From a virus (Duplodnaviria; Caudoviricetes): a stretch of DNA of 64,000 bases. A program made the translations under genes and the position numbers. This document shows positions 19,288 through 27,735 of the stretch, in pieces. The DNA is taken from the IMG/VR virus record IMGVR_UViG_3300025735_000004, positions 1 to 64,000 of that record, one strand, 5' to 3'. Below the pieces are notes generated by a model that searched no databases, was not told the DNA's origin, and saw only the letters and a list, made by a program, of their open reading frames with translations. Each line of letters opens with the position of its first letter. Position 1 is the first letter of the stretch.

Positions 19288-20751
19288 TTAGGCGGTGTCG
19301 ACCGTGACGCTGAAACCGGCACTGGTCTTGGTGCTAACAACAAGGGGGAGGACTGGCACGGCCCCGACCACGGCCACTGTCGTGAGCACGGCTGCGGAAG
19401 TGGTGAATTCGGCAGGGCTCAGTGACCCGGTGGTGGTGAGCCTGGCTGCCGCGGTGGTGTGGCTTTGCTGATTGCTCTTGAGCGCGATCCGCGTGGTCAA
19501 ACCGGCCGAGGCCCCTGGCTGGTCCAGCAGGCCGGCGCGCAAACCCGCGACCGCCGCCGCGAGCCTGGCAGTCGCTGTGCTGTGGCTACTGGCGTTGACC
19601 TTGAGCAGGCTCTGCGTGCCGAGGCTGGCCGTTGCATTGGCTTGGCCAGCCAAGGCCGCGAGCAACCCGATCTGTGTGGTGAGCCTGGCGGTCGCGGTGA
19701 CCTGCACACTCACCGTGGCGCCCATGTTGTCGTGCGTGGTCAGGCTGGCCGTGGCTGCACTGACGCCGTGGGCACCCACCTGCAGCGCAATCGCGGTGGT
19801 GAGCGCGGCGCCCACCGACACTTGGCCAGCGGCGGCGGCCTTTGGACGGATCGCGGTGGTAATGGCGGCACTGAGAGTTGATGCACTGCTACCGTTCGCT
19901 TTCGGGCGGATCGCCGTGGTGAAAGCGGCACTCACCGTTGTCGAGCTACTGCCGTTCGCCTTCGGACGGATCGCCGTGGTCAACGCCGAAGTTGCAGTCA
20001 CCTGGTCGGCAGCGTTCGCCTTCGGGTGAATCCCGGTGGTCAACGCCGCCGTGCGCGAACACACGCTGCTCAGTGCCGCCGCCAAATGGGCGGCTGGGCT
20101 CTTGAACACCAGGTTGTCGTCGAAGTCAACAAACGCCGCGTGGTTGCTGACCGTCGCGTTCAGCGTGGCGTTTTCTGTGGTGCCGTCGAAAAAGAAGTCC
20201 GCCGTATAGGCCGAGGCAGCGCCTTGCAAAAGCGCCGGCCATACCTCGCAGATCAGCACATCGCCGTCGAGCGCCATGATCATCGTGCCGGGCGTGTTGT
20301 ACGACCCCCAGTCGACTTTCTCGGTGTTGGCCGCAGAGGGTGGTGCCACGCCCGTAAGCGGAATCGAGTTCCCAGGCCCCTCAAGCAACTTCCCCACCAC
20401 CGCCCCGGTGGACGGACGCCACACGTACAGGCAGGTAGTCAGGTACTGGCCCAGGTTCATTTGGGTGTTTGACTGGGTTAACGCGACGTTCAACCGGAAA
20501 ACAGCGGTCACGGATTGGTTGCCGTTTAACGGGGGGCTGGCGAAGTACCCCATGAACGGCAGTTGCAGGGCGGTGTTTGCCAGCGAGGTGCCGGACAGTG
20601 AAGCCTGCGCCGTGCCGATGGTGGTGTTCATCGTGCGCAGGGTGGCCGCGCCGGTGGCACTCCAGCTCGGCGTAGCCGAAGACTGCGGGCCGGTGGGGAA
20701 GGTGCCCGCCGCAGTGTTAGAGGCGTTGTGTAAATAGAGTTTGGTTGTCAT
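19288..20751 (-). CDS. Fibre/adhesin-like structural protein with 20-aa repeats
   Basis: 487 aa; N-terminal globular domain followed by TTAIRPKANGSS...-type 20-aa repeats. Confidence 0.6.
   Translation of the reverse strand: MTTKLYLHNASNTAAGTFPTGPQSSATPSWSATGAATLRTMNTTIGTAQASLSGTSLANTALQLPFMGYFASPPLNGNQSVTAVFRLNVALTQSNTQMNLGQYLTTCLYVWRPSTGAVVGKLLEGPGNSIPLTGVAPPSAANTEKVDWGSYNTPGTMIMALDGDVLICEVWPALLQGAASAYTADFFFDGTTENATLNATVSNHAAFVDFDDNLVFKSPAAHLAAALSSVCSRTAALTTGIHPKANAADQVTATSALTTAIRPKANGSSSTTVSAAFTTAIRPKANGSSASTLSAAITTAIRPKAAAAGQVSVGAALTTAIALQVGAHGVSAATASLTTHDNMGATVSVQVTATARLTTQIGLLAALAGQANATASLGTQSLLKVNASSHSTATARLAAAVAGLRAGLLDQPGASAGLTTRIALKSNQQSHTTAAARLTTTGSLSPAEFTTSAAVLTTVAVVGAVPVLPLVVSTKTSAGFSVTVDTA
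19840..20045 (-). repeat. 60-bp tandem repeats encoding the 20-aa unit (4 clear copies plus degenerate copies)
   Basis: Plus-strand (G/C)GATCGC(G/C)GTGGT-like cores recur at about 19844, 19904, 19964 and 20024. Confidence 0.8.
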
Positions 20752-20781
20752 CCCCTTTCACCTCGACGAAGGTGAAGTGGA

Positions 20782-21222
20782 TTAGTTGTCGATCTGGAAC
20801 GTCAGGTCGCCGATGGCAAACACTGGAGCCGGGTCACCGTTGTTGACCGTCTTGCTGACCGTCAGGGCGCTGTAGAACAGCATGTTGCCCGAGGTCGACG
20901 CATCCATCACGGCCATGCCGGTCACCGTGCCCCAGTTGGCGGTCGGAGTCGGAAAGGTGATCGTGGCGTTGTTCGACGTGGTGCCGCCGGTGCCGCTGGA
21001 GGCGGTCGTGCTGCCCGCACTTTGGGTGCCGGCCCAGTTGGCTAGGCTGTTGGTCACCGCGACCCGCGCATAACTGCCGCCAGTGGCCTCGGTGCCCCCG
21101 GAGGTGTCGGTGGGGTTGGCGGTAAACAGGGCGATGTAGAGCGTGGACGGAAAGGTGTAAGCCTGGCCGCGAAACAGCTGATCGATCAGCTTGTTTTCCA
21201 GGTAGTCGGTCATTGCGCCCAT
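20782..21222 (-). CDS. Phage tail-fibre-associated structural protein
   Basis: MTDYLENKLID...LYIALFTANP...GGSYARVAV...FPTPTANWGTVT, a widespread virion protein pattern. Confidence 0.75.
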   Translation of the reverse strand: MGAMTDYLENKLIDQLFRGQAYTFPSTLYIALFTANPTDTSGGTEATGGSYARVAVTNSLANWAGTQSAGSTTASSGTGGTTSNNATITFPTPTANWGTVTGMAVMDASTSGNMLFYSALTVSKTVNNGDPAPVFAIGDLTFQIDN

Positions 21223-21354
21223 GAAGCACCCCAAAGTAGGTCGTGTGAAGTACGCGGTCCTACGTTGGGGCCGCTTGCCATTAAAGCGTAGGTTACGACC
21301 CCGGATTTCGCTTAAATTTCATAGCTCTAGGTGTCTAAACCAACGCTTTTGGGA

Positions 21355-21645
21355 CTACGCCGCGTGTTGCGCGGTGACCACGGCGGTGAGTTGGCCAACC
21401 CGTTCCGCCAAGCGCGACAGGCGCTGCTCAAAGATGTGCTCAAACTCGCCTTTGCCTTCCTCGCGCAGGGCGGTCAGGGCGTCGGGCATGGTCATCGGCA
21501 CGATCAACGCTCGGGTGCTGTCGGGCAGGCTGGCCATGTGGGCCTCTGCTTCGTCGCGGTGGGTGTAAACCCCCGCCACCACAAGGGCTTCGCGTACTTC
21601 GTCCAGCCGGTAGAGCACCAGTGCTTCAGGTGTGATTTCGCTCAT
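21355..21645 (-). CDS. Hypothetical protein, first gene of the late region
   Basis: 96 aa ORF. Confidence 0.55.
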   Translation of the reverse strand: MSEITPEALVLYRLDEVREALVVAGVYTHRDEAEAHMASLPDSTRALIVPMTMPDALTALREEGKGEFEHIFEQRLSRLAERVGQLTAVVTAQHAA

Positions 21646-21974
21646 GGGGAGACCTATGCAAAAAATCAGCTCGGCCGTCTTCGGTTGGGTGAAACACTCG
21701 CGGCCTTGGGTTAAAGACTAGGCGAGGATCGCGAAAAAATTTTGCGTTGCTTCAAAATCGAGGCAACGGAGGCCTCAAAAGCGGGTGTTTTACCCCCTCT
21801 TCGAAAGTTTTTTTAACTATTTTTTCGGTTGTACTGGGAACCTTTTCTGACAAGGCTTTGACGCCAGAGATTGTCCGACAAAACAGGGCGTTTTGATGGC
21901 ACTTTTGTGAATGTCAAGGGGGGTAAAGACGGAGGCTTGGTTGTCTTTACCCCTCAATGCTCCGTATCCTATTG

Positions 21975-22004
21975 ACCATAAACGAAAAAGCCCCCGCTGT
22001 TAGG
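21975..22004 (-). terminator. Terminator-like hairpin
   Basis: AAAAAGCCC...GGGCTTT stem, U-rich tail on the minus strand. Confidence 0.5.
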
Positions 22005-22017
22005 CGAGGGCTTTACG

Positions 22018-22581
22018 GACTGGCGGGTGTTACAAGCACCTCCAGTCAAGGTCTCGGGGTATCTCTGCTTAGCTGGCCGGGGTACGAGACCGGGTCTAAA
22101 AAGTATACGCGAACATTGATCGCGTGTTCAACCATGCCCGCCTCATCCCCGTAACCCTTCCATTGCGCGTCTGGATCAAGATGGGGCGTTCGTTCGCCTA
22201 TTGGGCCGCAGTGCGTAAAACCACCCACAAGGGGATCTTCTCAGGGTGGTCGGTATAGCCGGGAGGTACGAACCTGGAAACAGGTCGGGAAGGCAATGGC
22301 AGGGCGGCGTATTACCCAGACACAGGCGCCGTCGACTGTCCCAAAACCTACCCCCGCCGTGCGCCGAGAAGGGCCGAGGGCGCTTGTAACGCATAACCTC
22401 GAAAGCGCGGAACGCCAGCTGGGAGTGGGAGCCGGGAAACCGGGATTTCCCCATTGCGTGGAGTTGTGTGGAAGGCCTTTTTTCAAGGGCTGGACGCAGG
22501 GGCTCGCACGCCAGTGGGAGCAAAAAGGGGGCCAGCTTTAGGCGGCCCTCACAAGCGTTTGTACCCCCCGCCTTGGGGTAC
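22018..22581 (+). ncRNA. Candidate large structured non-coding RNA
   Basis: No credible ORF; nested helices, two GAAA tetraloop hairpins, G-U pairs that favour the plus strand (details in findings). Confidence 0.4.
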
Positions 22582-22701
22582 GAATAGGGACTGGAACGAT
22601 TTAAATAATATTACGTTCAGCATCTGTTCAGACTTGTATGAGAAATGTAACGTGCTGTGCCCAGTACCAGGACAAATCCGAAAACAACAAGGAGAAGGAC
22701 A

Positions 22702-22896
22702 ATGTTGATACTGACCCGCCGTATTCACGAAACCATCATGATTGGCGACGACATCCGCGTCACAGTGCTCGGTGTCAGCGGCCTGCAGGTGCGCGTCGGC
22801 ATTGATGCGCCCAAGGGCGTCGATGTCCATCGCGAGGAAATCTACAACCGCATTCAGGCTGAAAAAGCTGATCTCGCAAAACTGGACCTAGACTGA
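22702..22896 (+). CDS. csrA: CsrA/RsmA family translational regulator
   Basis: [52 protein letters not shown]; AAGGAG RBS. Confidence 0.96.
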   Translation: MLILTRRIHETIMIGDDIRVTVLGVSGLQVRVGIDAPKGVDVHREEIYNRIQAEKADLAKLDLD

Positions 22897-22926
22897 ACGG
22901 ATAGCTTCATCACAGGGAGTTCACCG

Positions 22927-23307
22927 ATGCCCAACATCGCAAAGCTGCTGTACCAGTACGTTGGCAAAGACGACACCTACGAGCTGCTGGGTGACTGCAT
23001 CGGCGCTGGTACCGACCGTGGCCACGACACCAAAATTTATCGCAACATCCACACCGGCCAGTTGCACAGCCGGTTGCCGGATGACTTCGAAGTCCGCATG
23101 AAACGCATCGGCGAGCTGGTCGAATTCCAGCACGACGACACCGATCTGCTGCGCGAAGCACTTGCGCTTTTCGAGTACGTCACCTGGCACGATGGCCGCT
23201 ACCGTCAAGAGTCCAGTTTGAAGTTTCAGACCCCGGCGCAGAAGTTGGTGAGCCGGTTGGCCGAACGCCTCGGGGTTGTGCCGTATCAGTCACTCAAACA
23301 AGAGTAA
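22927..23307 (+). CDS. Hypothetical protein
   Basis: 126 aa, GGAG RBS. Confidence 0.65.
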   Translation: MPNIAKLLYQYVGKDDTYELLGDCIGAGTDRGHDTKIYRNIHTGQLHSRLPDDFEVRMKRIGELVEFQHDDTDLLREALALFEYVTWHDGRYRQESSLKFQTPAQKLVSRLAERLGVVPYQSLKQE

Positions 23308-23318
23308 GGGACTACGAC

Positions 23319-23765
23319 TTGAAAACACTTCGCTGGTTTTTCACCTCGCACATTTTCTTGGCACTGGTCGCGATCCAGGTGTTCGTCCAGGTGTGGTCGA
23401 GGGCCGTGGAAATGCCGATCCTCGGGCTGTTCATCGGCCTCTGGCTGTCCTGGAAACTCGGCTGTTTGGCTGGCTGGGCCGACTTCCAGCAACGCGGGAT
23501 TGACCATGAGCGCTTGGTGGCCAAGGACATCGCCCAGCTGCAGGAGGACTTCGAGGGTCAGCCCGAAGACGTGCGCCTGGCGATGGCCCCGCAGTATTCC
23601 CGGGCGTTGGAGTCGCTGACGTGGCTGCACCAACGACTGGTCGAGCGCAGCAACGCTCCCTACGTCCCCACGCGATTGCGTGACGCGCTGCCGTCGCCCG
23701 CCCGTTGGCTGGCCCGCCGCCGCGAGCGCCAAATCATGGCCACGGACAAGGTGCTGCACCCATGA
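23319..23765 (+). CDS. Membrane protein (two N-terminal TM segments)
   Basis: 148 aa with hydrophobic N-terminus. Confidence 0.6.
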   Translation: MKTLRWFFTSHIFLALVAIQVFVQVWSRAVEMPILGLFIGLWLSWKLGCLAGWADFQQRGIDHERLVAKDIAQLQEDFEGQPEDVRLAMAPQYSRALESLTWLHQRLVERSNAPYVPTRLRDALPSPARWLARRRERQIMATDKVLHP

Positions 23766-23965
23766 TCGCGATCGTCAACACCGGCAAGCGGCACCCGAAG
23801 AAGGGCCACCACTACCGCCTGCAAATCAATGACCAGTTGATCACCGAGTTCTGGCACCGCCGGGTCGATGGCCTGAGCACCTGCCTGCAACGGGCCGCCG
23901 AAGCGGCCGAGGCCGCGCACCAGCAACAGGTCGAGGCGATGCTGCAACTGATCAACAAACAATAA
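23762..23965 (+). CDS. Hypothetical protein
   Basis: 67 aa, ATGA overlap with the previous stop. Confidence 0.6.
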   Translation: MIAIVNTGKRHPKKGHHYRLQINDQLITEFWHRRVDGLSTCLQRAAEAAEAAHQQQVEAMLQLINKQ

Positions 23966-23980
23966 AAACAAGGATGCCCC

Positions 23981-24391
23981 ATGGCTTTCACCGTCCCCGA
24001 GCGTTTCCGCGTCACCGCCGGCATGTTGGCCAGCGCCAAGGCCACCCACGGCAACAACGGCGCGTTCATCATTCCGTTGCGCGACCCCGCCACCCAAACC
24101 GTGTTGCAGGCGAGGGCGATTGCCTCCGACTGCGAGGGCTGGGAGCACGTCAGCGTCAGTTTCCCGAGCAAAACCCCGTCCTGGGATGTGATGTGTACGA
24201 TCAAAGACCTGTTTTGGGGGCCGCAGGACTGCGTGATGCAGTTCCATCCCCCGGAGAAGGAATATTCGAACTTCCACCCGTTCTGTCTGCATCTCTGGCG
24301 CCCGATCGGTAAAGAATTTCCGCGCCCGCCGCACCACCTGGTCGGCCCGCTGGCTCGCCGCACCCCTGAACCCAACGCCAAGGAGTCCTGA
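23981..24391 (+). CDS. Conserved phage protein (HVSVS...PSW..M...HP...Y.N.HP.CLHLW family)
   Basis: Recognisable His-rich motif set common in phages. Confidence 0.75.
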   Translation: MAFTVPERFRVTAGMLASAKATHGNNGAFIIPLRDPATQTVLQARAIASDCEGWEHVSVSFPSKTPSWDVMCTIKDLFWGPQDCVMQFHPPEKEYSNFHPFCLHLWRPIGKEFPRPPHHLVGPLARRTPEPNAKES

Positions 24392-24393
24392 CC

Positions 24394-24843
24394 ATGGGCA
24401 AATGCACGACCTACTACGACGAACTGCGCTTTGACACTCGCGACCCCGAGTTCACCCATGTGTATTGCTTCATCCGGGGCGAGGGCGATTGCCCGTTCAT
24501 GGTCCATGGCTGGCATCACAAAGCGTTCCCCAAGACGCTCACCACCCACGAAATTTTCTCCAACATCTGGACCGGGCAGACCGACCCGATGACCTGGGAG
24601 CGCGAAGCGCCGCGGGCCGTCCTCACCCCGGCGATCTACAACCCCAACGATCGTGTGCCGGTGCCGGTCGAGCAGTTGCAGGCCTGGCGCGACAGCTTTA
24701 CCGCCTGGGACACCACGGTGTCCGGGGAAATGGCCGAGCAGATCACGGCGCACCTCACCTCGGTGACCCAGTGGGACAAGATTTGCCCGCACTGCCGCGC
24801 CCAGGACATGTGGAACCAGCACCAGCGGGAACAAAAGAATTGA
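24394..24843 (+). CDS. Hypothetical protein
   Basis: 149 aa with a CPHC motif. Confidence 0.6.
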   Translation: MGKCTTYYDELRFDTRDPEFTHVYCFIRGEGDCPFMVHGWHHKAFPKTLTTHEIFSNIWTGQTDPMTWEREAPRAVLTPAIYNPNDRVPVPVEQLQAWRDSFTAWDTTVSGEMAEQITAHLTSVTQWDKICPHCRAQDMWNQHQREQKN

Positions 24844-25298
24844 GCCAGGCGCCTGCCACTTGGGCCGCTGAAATGCAGGCCCTGCAGGACCAGATCGAGC
24901 AGCTGACGCTGGATCTGGAGTGTGCGCGGCGCAACGAGGCCGCCGCCACCTACTGGTATGGGCAGGATGACGGCGTGCGGGGGGCTTGCCTTCGCTGGGA
25001 GGAAGCGCTGACCAACCTGATCCCCAAGGACGGCACGATGCGCGAGCCGCTGGAATCGCTGTATCGCCGCACCGAAGTGCTGCGCCTGGATCTGGCCGCC
25101 GCCATCAGCGACATCGCCTTCCTGCGCGGCCAGCGCGATGGTTACGCCTCCTTGTTGGCCAGCGCCCTGCAGACCATCAACGCCTACTGGGTGCCGCACA
25201 ACGAGGCGGCCGAGACGCTTCGCACCGAGTTAATGCGGCGCCTGCTTACAGTCGTCAAAGCAGCCTGGGAGGCGCGGGTGGCAGGAGCCCACCCGTGA
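24840..25298 (+). CDS. Coiled-coil hypothetical protein
   Basis: TTG start overlapping the previous stop, 152 aa (alternative ATG 24873). Confidence 0.6.
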   Translation: MSQAPATWAAEMQALQDQIEQLTLDLECARRNEAAATYWYGQDDGVRGACLRWEEALTNLIPKDGTMREPLESLYRRTEVLRLDLAAAISDIAFLRGQRDGYASLLASALQTINAYWVPHNEAAETLRTELMRRLLTVVKAAWEARVAGAHP

Positions 25299-25522
25299 GC
25301 CCGAACTACGCGATCGAGCAGCGCCTGCGCCTGATTGATTTCCTGCTGGAGCACTACGGCCACGTCGGCCGCCCCGAGCTGTGCGACTTCTTCGGGATCA
25401 GCCTGCCGTGCGCCTCGCTGGACCTCACGATGTACCGGGAGGCCAACCCGGGGAATGCCGACTACGACTTCAAGAGCAAACGCTGGGTGCGTGCGGCGAC
25501 CTTCAAACCTCGATATTCCTGA
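25295..25522 (+). CDS. Stand-alone winged-HTH resembling the N-terminal domain of CapW-type WYL repressors (copy 1)
   Basis: EQRLRLIDFLLEHYGHVGRPELCDFFGISLPCASLDLTMYREANPGNADYDFKSKRWVRAATFKPRY; 75 aa, no WYL domain. Confidence 0.75.
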   Translation: MSPNYAIEQRLRLIDFLLEHYGHVGRPELCDFFGISLPCASLDLTMYREANPGNADYDFKSKRWVRAATFKPRYS

Positions 25523-25556
25523 CCGACAAGACAACTATAAATAGAAGGAACTGTTC

Positions 25557-25829
25557 GTGGAGAAAGACAAGGTTGTGGTAGGCCTGACCCCTTGCGGGCG
25601 GCCGAAGTTGACCTACGCCATGGAGCAACGCATGCGCTTCATCGACTTCCAGATATTCCACTACGGCCACATTACGCGCCGCCATCTGATCGACTTTTTC
25701 GGCGTGACCTCGGCCACTGCGACCCGCGATTTCGCCCTGTTCATCGAGCTGTACCCGGGCCAGATCAAGCTCCACACGATGACCAAACTCTACGTCCCGA
25801 CCAAGCAATACCAGCGCATTTTCCCCTGA
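25557..25829 (+). CDS. Stand-alone CapW-like winged-HTH (copy 2)
   Basis: EQRMRFIDFQIFHYGHITRRHLIDFFGVTSATATRDFALFIELYPGQIK; paralogous to the previous gene. Confidence 0.75.
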   Translation: MEKDKVVVGLTPCGRPKLTYAMEQRMRFIDFQIFHYGHITRRHLIDFFGVTSATATRDFALFIELYPGQIKLHTMTKLYVPTKQYQRIFP

Positions 25830-25860
25830 TTCACCCCCCAACCATGCAAAGGAATAAGAC

Positions 25861-26151
25861 ATGGCAACGCGCATCTGGAAATGGCCCCTGCAAATGACCA
25901 CCGAACAAACCCTGGAACTGCCGATCGGCGCGGTATGGCTGGACGTGCAGCTGCAGGGCGGCGTGCCGCAGATTTGGTGGCTGTGCAATGCCAACGCGCC
26001 ACTGGAACCGCGCCACTTCGCCATCCACGGCACCGGCAACGAGATGCCGGACGACCCGGGCGAGTACCTGGCCACGTTCCAGACCGGCGCCTTCGTGTGG
26101 CACCTGTTCGAAGTTTTCACCCCCACCATCGAGCAAAGGAATGAAGCATGA
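25861..26151 (+). CDS. Conserved small phage protein (IWKWPL...GTG...YLATFQ...VWHLFE family)
   Basis: 96 aa, recognisable motif set. Confidence 0.7.
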   Translation: MATRIWKWPLQMTTEQTLELPIGAVWLDVQLQGGVPQIWWLCNANAPLEPRHFAIHGTGNEMPDDPGEYLATFQTGAFVWHLFEVFTPTIEQRNEA

Positions 26152-26816
26152 ATACTGAAATTCTCGCGATACTCGACCGCAGCGGTTCCATGTTCAACAT
26201 CGCGGAGGACGCGATCGGCGGCTACAACACCTTCCTCAAGGATCAGCAGGCGATCGAGGGTGAAGCGCGGATCACCGTCGTGCTGTTCGATGACCAGTAT
26301 GAGCTGCTGTACGCCGCCACGCCGTTGGCCGACGCCCAGCCGCTGACCGCGCAGACCTTCGTGCCCCGCGGCGGAACGGCGCTGATGGACGCGATCGGGC
26401 GCACCCTGCAGGTCGAAGGGGCACGGATCGCGGCCGAGGGCTGGGCCGAGAAAGTCATCGTCTGCATCACCACCGATGGTGGCGAGAACCAGAGCAAGGA
26501 ATTCACCGCGCCGATGGTGCGCGAACTGGTCACGGCGGCCGAGGCCAAAGGCTGGGCGTTTGTGTTCCTCGCGGCCAACCAGGATGCGTTCGCCACCGCC
26601 AGGTTCTACGGCATGAGCGGCGCCCACGCGCAGACCTTCGCCGCCAACAGCGCCGGGGTGGGGGAGGCTTACGCCAGCATCAGCAACGTCACGCGCAGCC
26701 TGCGCACCGGGCCGGAGGGGGCGGCGGCGGGTGCGCTTGAGTTACGCGATACGCTGGCCACGGCGCAGGCCGGGGTCACGCCGAAGAAGAAAGCCAAAGC
26801 GCAAAAAGGTGCGTGA
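26148..26816 (+). CDS. von Willebrand factor A domain protein
   Basis: ILDRSGSM MIDAS motif, GGTALMDA, ITTDGGEN. Confidence 0.9.
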   Translation: MNTEILAILDRSGSMFNIAEDAIGGYNTFLKDQQAIEGEARITVVLFDDQYELLYAATPLADAQPLTAQTFVPRGGTALMDAIGRTLQVEGARIAAEGWAEKVIVCITTDGGENQSKEFTAPMVRELVTAAEAKGWAFVFLAANQDAFATARFYGMSGAHAQTFAANSAGVGEAYASISNVTRSLRTGPEGAAAGALELRDTLATAQAGVTPKKKAKAQKGA

Positions 26817-27052
26817 TGAGCGCCCCGCAGCGCGGCGGTTCGGAATTGCGCAAGCTGATCGAGTTCGCCAAGGAGCTGGGCTTTACCTGCGAAACGACCG
26901 GTAGCACGCAATTGGCCTTTCACCGACCGCACACGCGGGCGGTGTGGGCCTCTTACACTCCGAGCTGTCGCCACGCCCGCAAGAACACTCGCCGCGACCT
27001 GCTCCGGGCCGTGCGCGAGGCGGATGCACCAACCAATACGTCAAAGGAATGA
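26813..27052 (+). CDS. HicA-like fold small protein
   Basis: RKLIEFAKELGFTCETTGSTQLAFHRP...SYTPS..HARKN pattern; the usual His in G(S/G)H is Gln. Confidence 0.5.
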   Translation: MMSAPQRGGSELRKLIEFAKELGFTCETTGSTQLAFHRPHTRAVWASYTPSCRHARKNTRRDLLRAVREADAPTNTSKE

Positions 27053-27055
27053 GCA

Positions 27056-27349
27056 GTGAGCGGGACCAAAGCATCACCGGAAATTGAATACCTGGGGCAG
27101 TTCATGTACGTCCAACGCAAGGCCCTGCGCCTGACGTTGGACGAAGTGGCCACAGGAGCCGGCACGTCGAAATCCTACCTGTGGGAGATCGAGCACGGGC
27201 AGGCGTCACCCTCGTTCATGTTGGTCGCCCGCTTGTGCCAGGTCTTGTGCCTGGACATCGGCGGGCTGGCCGCTGGATCGTTGAAAGTGGCTGAGCTGTG
27301 CGGGGAGGTCGAGCAAGATCCGGGGCGGCTTCATCGCGCCGGGGCTTGA
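27056..27349 (+). CDS. XRE family HTH transcriptional regulator
   Basis: RKALRLTLDEVATGAGTSKSYLWEIEHGQASPS. Confidence 0.9.
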   Translation: MSGTKASPEIEYLGQFMYVQRKALRLTLDEVATGAGTSKSYLWEIEHGQASPSFMLVARLCQVLCLDIGGLAAGSLKVAELCGEVEQDPGRLHRAGA

Positions 27350-27449
27350 TTGACCCGACAACGAGCGAAGCGAGGCGTCAGGCTTTTCGGGGCCTCTGAA
27401 AACACCCCTATATTAAGACTAAGAAGGGAAATCGCTACAGCCCTTTGTT

Positions 27450-27735
27450 TTCAAGGGGGTCAGTCTTGAATTTCTGGACTACTTGTTTAGAAACTCAAGA
27501 CTTTTTACTTGAATAAATGGCCATATCCAAGTGTTATGTATAGAATTTGTGCTTAAATTCAACGAAACCGTTTTGAAGTTCAAGTGATTGGTCTTGAAAT
27601 TGCCCCATGATTTCAACGTTTGCGCTGAGAAGTTCTAACAAAACGGTGCGAAAACACCCCCCAAATTCAAGAGTGGGGGCCAGAATACCCCAACGAATCC
27701 AAGAAATGACTGGAATTCAACGTGACTGAGAAGAA
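27450..27735. repeat. AT-rich putative origin with about 11 phased TTC-N14-GAA palindromic boxes
   Basis: Boxes start at 27450, 27472, 27494, 27526, 27558, 27579, 27612, 27633, 27666, 27698 (weak) and 27716; consensus TTCAAG-N8-CTTGAA; directly upstream of rep. Confidence 0.75.

Noticed and set aside
17242-23765. Holin assignment for TM proteins 17242..17631 or 23319..23765
   Set aside because: Both are on the strand opposite the endolysin and outside its operon; no holin family motif recognised.
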